This document shows, in pieces, positions 1-9,984 of a stretch of DNA of 64,000 nucleotides (the first letter of the stretch is position 1; the number at the start of each line of letters is the position of its first letter). The DNA is from an uncultured Candidatus Rokubacteria bacterium (GTDB lineage Bacteria > Methylomirabilota > Methylomirabilia > Rokubacteriales > CSP1-6): assembly GCA_963789955.1 (NCBI GenBank), contig CAWBMV010000001.1, positions 640,001 through 704,000 of the forward strand, in the 5' to 3' direction. The notes below the pieces were generated by a model. The model searched no databases, was not told the origin of the DNA, and saw only the letters and a program-made list of their open reading frames with translations. A program made the position numbers and the translations under genes.

Positions 1-42
1 ACGCTGGCCCCTAAGTCCCACCCCGCAATGGTTTTTCAAGTC

Positions 43-57
43 TGGCACGACACGTGC
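43..57 (+). promoter_or_regulatory. Possible sigma54 (-24/-12) promoter or palindromic site upstream of the Pal-like gene
   Basis: TGGCACG-ACAC-GTGC fits the GG-N10-GC spacing with one mismatch to TTGC; also reads as the palindrome GGCACG-ACA-CGTGCC. Confidence 0.3.
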
Positions 58-98
58 CACTGGCAACTGTGAACGCAGTCTGCGTCAAGGGAGGCTCT

Positions 99-1250
99 AT
101 GCGCGTACTACTGGTGCTGGCCATGATTCCGCTTCTCGCCGCATGCTCCGTCTTCAGCTCGTCGGAGCCGTCGGCGACCCTCGTCGATACCCAGCCGACC
201 GAGACTGCGGCCGGTACCACCGACACCACGGGCGCTCCGGCCGCCGGGACGAGCACAGACCCCGCCAGCGTGACTCCGACGCCTGTCGCCGCGACGCCGA
301 CTCCCGCCGCGAACGCGTCCGTCGCGGCGAAGACGCCTGCGCCCGTGCCCGCGCCCGCTGCGCCGGCGCCCAGCGCGTCGTCGACCGGAGCGGACATCTC
401 CGGCAAGTGGGTTGGATCGTGGATCGGCACGGGACTCTTCAATGCTCCACGCCAGGAGAACCTCGTCCTGGAGCTTGTTCAGAAAGGTGACGCCGGCTAC
501 GGGAAGATGGTCCTCGACAATGCCACCGCTGCCGAATCGGTCCCGTGGGAAGTTCGCCAGCAGGGCCTCTTCGGAATTCGCGTCTTCGCCACGATCGACG
601 GGTCGAAGGTGCGGATCACGCACGATCAGGACGACCGGGTGTTCACCGCAAACTTGACCGTCAACGGCGATCAGATGATCGGCGAGGTCAAGGGCCGAAA
701 GGTTCGTCTGCTCCTGGCTCGTCAGGGCGGGTCGAACGCGCCGGCTCGAGAGGTTCCGCCCCAGGCCTCCCAGGTGATGCCACCGCCGATCGTCGCCGCC
801 GCGCCGCCGCCGGCGGCCGTCGCGATGGCGCCCGCGCCGCAAGCGCAGGAGCCCGAGAAGCCCAAGGCCGAGGAAGTGATGCAGCGGCCGAAGAACGAAG
901 AGTACGTGACCGCGCCCGAGCTGAAGTCGGTCTACTTCGACTTCGACAAGGCCAACCTGCGGCAAGACGCGGTCGACACGATGGTGAACAACGTGACGTG
1001 GCTCAAAGAGAATGCCGATACGTTCGTGCTCATCGAGGGCAACGCGGACGAGCGCGGCACGGCCGAATACAACCTGGCGCTCGGCGATCGGCGCGCCAAG
1101 TCGACGATGGACTACCTCGAGGCCAACGGCATCCCCAAGGACCGCATGGCGACGGTGTCGTACGGCAAGGAGCATCCGACGTGCACGAACGCGACCGAGG
1201 AGTGCCGGTACCAGAATCGTCGCGCCGATTTCCGCGTGAAGAGCCGCTGA
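99..1250 (+). CDS. Extended Pal/OmpA-family lipoprotein
   Basis: GGAGG RBS then ATG at 99; lipobox LAAC; C-terminal OmpA/Pal domain (VYFDFDK, IEGNADERGTAEYNLALGDRRA, SYGKE, QNRR). Confidence 0.88.
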   Translation: MRVLLVLAMIPLLAACSVFSSSEPSATLVDTQPTETAAGTTDTTGAPAAGTSTDPASVTPTPVAATPTPAANASVAAKTPAPVPAPAAPAPSASSTGADISGKWVGSWIGTGLFNAPRQENLVLELVQKGDAGYGKMVLDNATAAESVPWEVRQQGLFGIRVFATIDGSKVRITHDQDDRVFTANLTVNGDQMIGEVKGRKVRLLLARQGGSNAPAREVPPQASQVMPPPIVAAAPPPAAVAMAPAPQAQEPEKPKAEEVMQRPKNEEYVTAPELKSVYFDFDKANLRQDAVDTMVNNVTWLKENADTFVLIEGNADERGTAEYNLALGDRRAKSTMDYLEANGIPKDRMATVSYGKEHPTCTNATEECRYQNRRADFRVKSR

Positions 1251-1271
1251 CCGGGCGATGAACATACGCGG

Positions 1272-1309
1272 AGCCGGGGAGCGGGACGTCCGTCGCTCCC
1301 CGGCTTTTT
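1272..1309 (+). terminator. Rho-independent terminator
   Basis: AGCCGGGGAGCG...CGCTCCCCGGCT stem followed by TTTT right after the stop codon. Confidence 0.8.
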
Positions 1310-1315
1310 GATGCA

Positions 1316-2381
1316 GTGATCCCGCGCGGGCGATTCACTCCAGTCGTTTCTCTCCTTCTCCTTCGTCGTCTCCGCCGTCGTCTCCGCGGCTGTTGGCTCG
1401 ACGGCCGTGGTCGCGAGCGCCCAGGCCTTAGCACCGGGACCACGCGTGACGCTCGGCAGCGACGCCAAGAACCGCTACATCCGTATCGGCGGGCCGGGAG
1501 CGCCCGTCTACCCCACGATCGATCTCACGTGCGACGGCAAGCGCTGGACGCTCGCGCTGACGCGCTCGGAGGACGGCGCCGTCTACGAAGTCTCGCGCGG
1601 CAACGTCGAGACGATGATGAGCGCGCTCGCCTGCCGTCTGTTGCTGCCGGATCAGGAGGTCGCGCTGTCGCGCCAGCAGCTGTGGGCCGCCTGGTCGAAC
1701 CCGACGCAGGGCGCGGGAGCTCCGCAGGTGCTCGTGGGTCAGGTGGTCGACATCATCGACGGCAGCACGATCCTCGTGAACATGGGCCAACGCTCCGAGA
1801 CCGTGCGCTACATCGGGATCACTCCTCAGGAGAGCCCGCGGCGGCCGCCGACTGCTACGCCGAGCCCCGGGGAAGCCGTCGAGGCCAACCGTCAGCTCGT
1901 GTCGCGACAGCAGGTCCGCATCGAGCTCGATACCCAGGAGCGGGATCGGGACGGACGACTGCTCGCGTACGTCTACGTCGCCGACCAAATGGTCAACGCC
2001 GAGCTCGTTCGACGCGGATCCGCGGGGGTCATGACGGTCCAGCCGAACGTGCGCCACCGCGACCTCTTCGTCACGCTCGAGCAGGAGGCCCGAGACAACC
2101 GGCGTGGGGTGTGGGCCGATCCGGCCGAGGCGACCACGCCCACGACGGTCGAGCCGGCCCCTCGCCAGGTGGCCGAGGGCCGTCGCGGCGTGGCTCCTGA
2201 AAACACGTGGGCGTGTCCCGCGCAGCAGCCGATCAAGGGCCAGCAGACCTCCTACACCGGGGGCGGACGGTGCGTCTACCACGTGCCCGACGGCGAGCTC
2301 TACAGCGCGACGAAGGCCGAGCGCTGCTACGCGACGGTCGAAGAGGCGCGACAGGACGGCTGCGTGGCGGCGCGGCGGTAG
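1316..2381 (+). CDS. Secreted thermonuclease (SNase-like) family protein with C-terminal Cys/His mini-domain; probable frameshift in the signal peptide
   Basis: VVDIIDGSTI, VRYIGI, DRDGRLLAYVYV, VNAELVRRG, EQEARDNRRGVW; C-terminal CP..PIKG..YHVP..ERCYATVEEA; hydrophobic signal ending ASAQA is split between GTG 1316 and the 1407 frame. Confidence 0.75.
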
Positions 2382-2393
2382 GCCGCCGCGACT

Positions 2394-3309
2394 TCAGTCC
2401 GGCTTCGTGTACTTGCAGTCTCCGGACAATGTCGACTGTTCGGACAGAGCCAGCGCATCGGCCGAGAGCTTCTCCGCGGTCACGACGATCCCGGCGGCGC
2501 GCTTCTTCAGGCTGTCGCAATGCGCGGTCACGTCGGCCTCGGGCGCGAACGACGTGAACGCGGCGAAGGCGGCCCCCTCGTCTTCGGCCACGACGGCCCC
2601 GCCACCATAGCGCTGAGTCCTCCCGCGCACCGTGTACTGGTAGCCGTCCGGTCGCGTGGTCAAGGTCATGCCTGGGCCCTTGCCGAGGCACTTCTCGAGG
2701 ATGGCCGACGTGATCTCGCTCCGTCGCGGCTCGGCCGCTGGAGCGAGCGACAGCCTCGTCGTGACGATCGAGGCGGTCTGGGAAAGCTCGTTCTCTTGCT
2801 CCGTGACGCTCTTCCGCAGACGCTCCTTGGCCTGGGAGTAGTCCTGGTAGTGATTCGGGAGATCGGCGCTCAGAACCCGGTGCGCGGTGAAGAGGGACCT
2901 GAGGTCACCCGTCAGCCGACCTTCGGCGCGAACTCGTCGCGCGACCTGCGACAGCCTCTCAGCCTCGGTCCGGAGGACCGGCTGGAGCTGGCGTAGATGG
3001 GCCTGGCGGGTGTCTGTCGCACGGGCCTGCCGTCCATCGGCCGGGCGCGTGGGCTCGGCCTCCTGAGCTGGGCGTGGGCTGGTCGGCGGGCTTGCCGCCG
3101 ACCGCGACGTCGGGTTTCGGGAGCTCATTCGACGGCCGGGACGCATAGAAGCCCGCCACACCGATGGCAACGGCGATGAGGGCGAGCCCGGTGATGACCG
3201 ATCGGTTCGACCACCGGGTGAAGATCGAGACCAGCGAGAGGTGTCCCGAGGGGCGCATCGCGCGCGCCGCCGCCCGCTCGAACCGTCGCCGGTCTCGACT
3301 CGTCAGCAT
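2394..3309 (-). CDS. Hypothetical single-pass membrane protein (frameshift near 3070)
   Basis: ATG at 3309; TM segment ITGLALIAVAIGVAGFY in the 2959..3345 frame continues into the 2394..3170 frame (helical body with 3 Cys). Confidence 0.5.
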
Positions 3310-3459
3310 GTACGCGATTCTTTGGGCTACCCGAAAGCCTATCACGTGCCGGCCGCCCTTCTGGCCGATCGGCGGACCGGAGCCGGTACAAGAGCCTAGG
3401 CTGCCGGCCGGCGCTCACGTGTCATACTCCGCGCGGTGGCCAGGCTCAGGGTCGGACTG

Positions 3460-4295
3460 ATGAGCGCCTTCCTCCTCGTGGCGGCGGCCGGTCACCTTGG
3501 TTGTGCCCAGCCGATCACGACGACGTCTCGCTGCTTCCGCCACCGCCCGCAGAAGCCGTCCGACTGGGCCTGACACGGGTCGCCCTGGCCCCCGGACGCT
3601 TCCCGCCGAAATTCGATCTCGTCGACGGCCCCGCCAAGGGCGCCGGCCAGGGCGCCGCGAGGGGGGCTCTGCTGGGTGCCGCGTACACGCTGGGCGGCGG
3701 TGCCTTCGGCAGGGCCGATCGGTCTCGTGGCCAGCGTCTTCCTCGCGCCGGTCGGCGCGGTGGGCGGCAGCATCGTGGGGGGTGTCACGGCCGAATCCGC
3801 CACGAAGGTCGAGGAACGAGTGGCGGCCGCCAGCCGGAGCCTGACGGCTCGGCAGATTCAGGATGACCTCGTGCGGCGCGTGGCCGTGATCGGTCGCGAG
3901 CAGACATCGCGCACGTTCACCTTGCTGGCCGAGCAAGGTCCGCGGACTCCCGGCGAGCGGGCCGACTATCGGGCACTCGCCGAGGAGGGCCTTCAGGCCG
4001 TCCTCGAGATCAGCGTGGTGGAGCTGTCGCTGCGTGGCCGCACCGGCGAGATCGATCCAACCCTCTCGCTGGCCATGGCCGTGAAGACGAGGCTGGTCCG
4101 TACCGATGACGATGCCGAGATCTACGCCCACTCGCTGACGTACTCAGGCGGCAACGGTCGCACGTTGGCCGAGTGGTTGGATGACGCGGAGCTCCTGCGA
4201 GTCGAGGTCGATCGCGCCTCCGTGATCGTCGCCGAGAAGATCATCGACGAAGTCTTCCTCCTCGTTCCGTTTCCGGCCGTCAGCGCAGGCGCTGA
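3460..4295 (+). CDS. Hypothetical lipoprotein with glycine-zipper-like segment (several frameshifts)
   Basis: ATG 3460 MSAFLLVAAAGHLGC lipobox-like; protein-like segments continue in the 3501 and 3676 frames; TGA overlaps the next ATG at 4295. Confidence 0.45.
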
Positions 4296-4849
4296 TGCGC
4301 TGGGCCGTTTCCTGCGCGCTCCTGTTCCTCGTCCTGTTCCTCGTGGCCTGCACGAAGCCGCTCGAGGTCGCCGGGCTCAGGCCGCTGTCTCAGACGACCG
4401 ACGACGGTGCGCCCACCGTCGAGTCCTCGCAGCCAACCTTGAGATGGGAGCCGTTTCCGCGGCCCGCCGATCTCGAAGCGAACCCCGGAGGGTGGGTGAG
4501 TCGCGTTCGCAACGTGACCTACGATCTCCGAATCTGGCGAGGAGTCCGTGACCACTTCGGGCACGAGGAGGTCTATCCGGACGAGCTGGTGTACGCGAAA
4601 AGCGCGCTCTCGGCGCCCGAGCACACCGTCGACACGCCGCTCGCGAGCGAGACGCCATACCTCTGGAGCGTGCGCGCGCGTTTCGAGCTCGACGGCCAGA
4701 TTCGGGTCACGCCCTGGGGCGTCCTGCTGTCGTCCCGGCCTTCGATGCTCGCCGACCCGCGAAGCCCGTTAGTTCCGGCGCGCGGCTACTACCGTTTCCT
4801 GACGCCCCGAGAACCCGACGGGCGCGGAACTGGAGGGGGAGACGACTAG
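4295..4849 (+). CDS. Hypothetical lipoprotein with fibronectin type III-like beta fold
   Basis: Signal MRWAVSCALLFLVLFLVAC; PTLRWE, TYDLRIW, YLWSVRARF motifs. Confidence 0.65.
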   Translation: MRWAVSCALLFLVLFLVACTKPLEVAGLRPLSQTTDDGAPTVESSQPTLRWEPFPRPADLEANPGGWVSRVRNVTYDLRIWRGVRDHFGHEEVYPDELVYAKSALSAPEHTVDTPLASETPYLWSVRARFELDGQIRVTPWGVLLSSRPSMLADPRSPLVPARGYYRFLTPREPDGRGTGGGDD

Positions 4850-4861
4850 CTCCGCCGCCGC

Positions 4862-5470
4862 CTACCACACGCCGGGGACGAGGCGGTGGCGCACCATGGC
4901 GGCGTAGCTCGGCCATCCCGGATCGTTCGAGAGTACTCGCTCCTCGGCATAGATGCGGTAGAACAGAGACGCCCACCCCGCCAGCACCAGCAGCACCGTG
5001 CCCGAATTCCACTCCTGCAGGTTGTAGCCGACGTCCGCGAGCATGTAGGCCAGATACATCGGATGGCGGACGAGCCGGTACGGGCCTCTCGTCGCGAGTC
5101 CCCGCACGGCCGGGCGGACCCCGAACCATCTGCCGAGGCTGACGAGGCTCGAAAGACTCAGACACGCCGCGACCGTCACGAGGACGAGCCCGGCTTCGGG
5201 CCACGCGGGCTCGCCGGGCACCCGCCGGAGGTAGAGCATCTGACCGTACGGATAGGCATACGCCACGACGACGGCGACGCCGGTGGCCAGCGAGCGATCC
5301 TGCACGGCGGGCGGGCGCCGCATGAGGGCGATGCCGAGCACCAGGACATTCTGCAAGACGTAGATCCAGTCGGTGATCGTGAAGGTGGGCGTCAGAACGA
5401 AGAGGAGGGCGAGCTCGACCGAGGTGACGCCGAACAGGAGGAGATTAGGAAGGCTCGGTCCGGGGATTAA
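4862..5470 (-). CDS. Isoprenylcysteine carboxyl methyltransferase (ICMT/PEMT) family membrane protein; 5' start unclear
   Basis: GPYRLVRHPMYLAY and RIYAEERVL motifs, several TM helices; the frame abuts the tRNA-Ala 3' end. Confidence 0.75.
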   Translation of the reverse strand, partial: LIPGPSLPNLLLFGVTSVELALLFVLTPTFTITDWIYVLQNVLVLGIALMRRPPAVQDRSLATGVAVVVAYAYPYGQMLYLRRVPGEPAWPEAGLVLVTVAACLSLSSLVSLGRWFGVRPAVRGLATRGPYRLVRHPMYLAYMLADVGYNLQEWNSGTVLLVLAGWASLFYRIYAEERVLSNDPGWPSYAAMVRHRLVPGVW

Positions 5471-5472
5471 TT

Positions 5473-5548
5473 TGGTGGAGCTGAGGGGAGTCGAACCCCT
5501 GACCCCAAGACTGCCAGCCTTGTGCTCTCCCAACTGAGCTACAGCCCC
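5473..5548 (-). tRNA. tRNA-Ala(GGC)
   Basis: Reverse complement GGGGCTGTAGCTCAGTTGGGAGAGC...CTGGCAG...GGTTCGACTCC...CTCCACCA; 76 nt, CCA encoded. Confidence 0.96.
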
Positions 5549-5594
5549 ACGCGAGAGACCACCCTACAAGCCGCCGCGGAACGTTGTCAAGGAA

Positions 5595-5680
5595 TGGTAC
5601 CGGGGGCGGGAGTTGAACCCGCACGCCCTCGCGGGCACTGGATTTTGAGTCCAGCGTGGCTGCCGTTACACCACCCCGGC
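5595..5680 (-). tRNA. tRNA-Leu(CAA)
   Basis: Reverse complement GCCGGGGTGGTGTAACGGCAGCCACGCTGGACTCAAAATCCAG...long variable arm...GGTTCAACTCC...ACCA; 86 nt. Confidence 0.93.
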
Positions 5681-5900
5681 CCGGGATCCCCAGAGTCGTC
5701 GAGCCACCACAGTGTACAGCCAGCCGCGCTTGGGCGGCACCGGCCAACGCGACGCGCGCGCCGACACGGCACGAGGCGACTCGAGGTGCGCTCGATGCTG
5801 TCTCCATGTCGGAGACGCCAGGCAAATCATTGAATTTGTTTGATGTATACTGAGCCGACGCTGCTTCGGCGTTCACAATCTGTCCGCGAGGAGGACACCG

Positions 5901-6246
5901 ATGGTCAGACTCGTCGCCGTGTTGATCGCCGTTCTGTTCGCCGTCTTCTCGCTCTCGGTCTCGCCGGTGCTGGCGCAAGCCAAGACCGACGCACCCGCCA
6001 AGACGGACGCGCCGGCCAAGGCCAAGACCGACACGAAGGCCGATGCGAAGAAGAAGGAGCCGCTCGACATCAATAGCGCATCGGCAGGACGAGCTCAAGG
6101 CTCTGCCGGGCATCGGCGACGCGTACGCGAAGAAGATCGTCGACGGTCGTCCGTACGCGCGCAAGGACGATCTGGCCAAGAAGAAAATCGTCCCGCAGGC
6201 CACCTACGACAAGATCAAGAACCAGATCATCGCGAAGCAGAAGTAG
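5901..6246 (+). CDS. ComEA-like helix-hairpin-helix DNA-binding protein (frameshift near 6080)
   Basis: Signal peptide ending [12 protein letters not shown] then [22 protein letters not shown] in the next frame. Confidence 0.85.
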
Positions 6247-6270
6247 CGTCGGAAGGGCGCGAGTCGCTGC

Positions 6271-8416
6271 ATGGGTGAGCGGTCGTTCGCGGAGGACGTC
6301 AAACAGCTCGGGTACGGCGAAGGCGAGATCCTTCACGGCGAAGGCATCCTCGCCATCACCAAGGCGCTGCTCCAGTCCGGCGTCAGCTACGTCGGCGGAT
6401 ATCCGGGCGCGCCGGTCTCGTACCTGATCGACGTCCTGGCCGACGCGAACGACCCCCTCCTCAAGCCGCTCGGTATTTACTTCGAGCAGTCCGGGAGCGA
6501 GGCGGCCGCCGCCGCGCTCCTCGGCGCCTCCATCAACTATCCGATGCGGGGCGCCGTCACCTGGAAGTCGGTCGTCGGCACCAACGTGGCGTCCGACGCG
6601 CTGTCCCACGTCGCCTCGGCCGGCGTCATCGGCGGCTCGGTCATCGTGATCGGCGAGGACTACGGCGAGGGCGCCTCGATCCTCCAGGAGCGGACGCACT
6701 CGACGGCGCTGAAGTCGTCGATCCCGCTCCTCGATCCGCGCAACAGCCTCGACTCGTTCGCCCGCTTCGTCGGCGAAGGCTTCGGGCTCTCCGAGGCGTG
6801 CAACGAGCCGGTGTTCTTCTCGATCCGCATCCGGGCCTGCCACATGCGCGGCACCTTGCGATGCCGCGACAACGTGCGTCCGGCGATCAGCATGCTCTCG
6901 CCGCTCACCGCCCCGAGCTTCAGCATCGATCGGATCAACCTGCCGCCCTTCACGTATCAGATGGAGGCGCAGAAGTTCGAGAAGCGGCTGCCGGCGGCGC
7001 AGCGCTACATCGTCGAGCGCGGGCTCAACGAGCACTTCCGCGGCGACGAGGATCACGTCGGGATCGTCATGCAGGGCGGGCTCTGGAACACGACCATGCG
7101 CGGCCTGCACGTGCTCGGCCTCGCCGACACGCGCGGCCGGACGCCGATCCCGCTCCTGGTGCTCAACGCGATCCACCCGCTGGTTCCCGAGGAGCTGATC
7201 GAGCTTCCTGCGGGACAAGCAGCGCGTCTTCGTCGTGGAAGAAGGCATGCCGAACTACATCGAGCGCGAGCTGAAGGCGCTCGCCCACGAGGCGCGCCTC
7301 GGCGTCGAGATCCAGGGCAAGGAGCTGCTGTCGCCGCACGGCGAGTACGTGCCGCACCTCGTCATCGGCGGCCTGCGGCGGTTCTTCACCTCGGCCGGCG
7401 TCAAATCGCAGTCGACCGTGGCGATCGAGGAGCGGTATCGCGCGCTCACCGCGCACCGCGAGAAGGTGGGCGACGTGCTGCCCGAGCCGGTCGCCAAGCG
7501 CCCGCCGTCCTTCTGCACGGGCTGCCCGGAGCGGCCGGTGTTCAGCGCGCTGAAAATCTTGAGAACGCGCGAGCCGGAGATCGGCGACACGCACGTCGCG
7601 GCCGACATCGGCTGCTCGACGTTCTCGACGCAGGCGCCGTTCAACGTCGGCAACTCGGTCCTCGGCTACGGCATGGGGCTGGCGTCGTCGAGCGCCGTCT
7701 CACCGCTCTTCGGCAAGCGGACGATCTCGGTGATGGGCGACGGCGGCTTCTGGCACAACGGCCTCACCAACGGCGTCGCGAACGCGATGTACAACCGCCA
7801 GGACTCGGTCCTGGTGATCCTCGACAACTTCTACGCGGCGGCGACCGGCCAGCACCATGTGCCCTCGACCGGCAAGAACGCGCGCAACGAGCCGCTGCCG
7901 ATGACGATCCCCGATGCGCTGCGCGGCCTCGGCGTGAAGTGGATCCGGACCGTGAACTCGTACCGGATCGCCGAGGTGATCGGGACGATGCGCGAAGCGC
8001 TGACCACGCGCGTCCCGGGGCTCAAGGTCGTCATCGCCAAGAACGAGTGCATGCTCGAGCGCCAGCGCCGCGAGCGTCCCCGGCTGCGCCGCGAGGTGGC
8101 CGCCGGTCATCAGGTCGTCCAGCCGCGCTTCGGCATCGACCCCGACGTGTGCACCGGTGACCACTCCTGCATGCGCCTGAACGGGTGCCCGTCGCTCACG
8201 CTTCGCGAGAGCCCCGATCCGCTGCGCGACGATCCGATCGCCCACGTCGACGACACGTGCGTGGGCTGCGGCGTCTGCGGCGAGGTCGCCCACGCCGCGG
8301 TGCTCTGCCCGTCGTTCTACGAGGTGAAGGTGATCACGAACCCGACGTGGTGGACGCGGTTCGTGAGCCGGCTGCGCGCGATGGTCATCCGCCGCCTCGC
8401 GGCCGTCGGGACGTGA
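6271..8416 (+). CDS. iorA: Indolepyruvate:ferredoxin oxidoreductase alpha subunit (frameshift near 7205)
   Basis: YVGGYPGAP, RPPSFCTGCPER, ADIGC, TPP motif MGDGGFWHNG, C-terminal ferredoxin motifs CTGDHSC and CVGCGVC. Confidence 0.9.
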
Positions 8417-9968
8417 CCGACGCGCCGCTCCTGAGCCTCCTGGTCCCGGCGGTCGGCGGGCAGGGGGGCGGCGTCCTCCTCGATTGGATCGTGGACGCCG
8501 CGCTCGTCGACGGCTATCCCGTTCACGGCACGTCCATTCCGGGTGTGGCGCAGCGAACCGGATCCACGACGTACTACGTCGAGCTTTCGGGCGAGCGGAA
8601 CCCGGCGGCGGACGGAACGCCGATTTTTTCGCTCTACCCCGTCCCGGGGGCCCTCGACGTCCTTCTGGCTCCTGAATTCCTCGAGGTCGGGCGCTCGATC
8701 GAGCTCGGCTTCCCGTCGCCCGGCCGGACGACGATCATCGCCAGCACCCATCGGCTCTACTCGATCCACGAGAAGATCGTGACCGGACACGGCATCTACC
8801 CGCTCGAGAAGCTCCAGTCCGCCGCCCGCGCCTATTCGAAGAAGCTCATCGCGTTCGACGCGCTGGCGCTCGCCCGCGAGCACGGGACCGAGGCGAACGC
8901 GGTGCTGCTCGGCGCGCTCGCGGGATCCGGCGTCCTGCCGCTCCGCGAAGAGGCGTATCGCGAGGCCATCCGGGCCAAAGGCGTTCAGGTCGACGCCAAC
9001 CTGCGCGGTTTCGATGCCGGTCTGGCGGTGGCGGCGGGGCCGGCGGAGGCGGCGCGGGAGGGGTCGCGGGGCTTCGGAACCCCACTCGCCCCGGACCCCT
9101 CCCGCGCCGCCTCCGCCGGCCCCGCCGTCATCGCTACGAGTTCGGGCCTAGATCAGGACATCGAGACGATGATGGCGGAGTTTCCCGAGGATTTGCGGCC
9201 GGTGCTTCGCGTGGCGATTCCGCGGCTGATGGACTATCAGGATCGAGCGTACGCGGAGCGGTATCTGGAGCGGCTGCGACCGATCGTTCGGGCCGGGAGT
9301 CCGAGCTCGCGCAGATCGTCGCGCGGTATCTGGCGACGTGGATGACGTACGAGGATGCGGTGCGGGTGGCTCAGCTGAAGACGCGGGCCGGTCGGTTCGA
9401 GCGGATCCGTCGTGACAAGGGCGTCGGCAAGGGAGAGATCGTCGTGACGGACTACCTCAAGCCCGACCTCGACGAGATCTACGGCGTCCTTCCGTACCGG
9501 TTGGTCGCGCCGTTCGCGCGCTGGGCCGAGCGGCGCTGGCCGCACGGCCGCCCGTCGCTCGGCCAGCACGTGAAGACGACGACCGTGAGCGGCTTCGTCC
9601 GCGTGTGGATGCTCACGTGGCTGCGCCCGCTGCGGCCGATCTCGTACCGCGCCCGCGAGGAGCACGCGCGCATGGACCGCTGGCTCGCCGCGGTCGCTCG
9701 CTGCGCGCAGTGGGACGATGCGCTCGCCTGCGAAATCGCGCGCGCCGCGCAGCTCGTCAAGGGATATGGAGACGTCCGCCGGCGCATGACGGCCCACTTC
9801 GACCGCTTGCTGGAGGCCGTGCTACGGACCGCCGAGCGCGACGCGACCGGCGGCAAGTTCGAGGCATCGAGATCGCTCGCCGCGCGATACCGCACCTTGG
9901 TGCTGCAAGGCCCCGATTCGGAGGCCGCGGCCGTCGCGCTCGCCGCCGAGACGCCCGCCCGATCCTAG
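8413..9968 (+). CDS. iorB: Indolepyruvate oxidoreductase beta subunit with long C-terminal domain (frameshift near 9310)
   Basis: GTGA overlap with iorA; AVGGQGGGVL, GVAQRTGST, LMDYQD, MTYED..RVA, LVKGYGD motifs. Confidence 0.87.
9023..9136. repeat. Long in-frame palindrome inside iorB
   Basis: Perfect 34-bp inverted arms 9032-9065 and 9094-9127, extendable by 9 more pairs if G-U is allowed. Confidence 0.9.
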
Positions 9969-9984
9969 CTCGAGCGGCCCGCGG

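Noticed and set aside
5975..6050. Short tandem repeats (AKTDAP in ComEA; SEK/SDK in the FmdB tail at 60670-60770) as CRISPR or VNTR arrays
   Set aside because: Low-complexity coding linkers with no repeat-spacer periodicity and no cas genes
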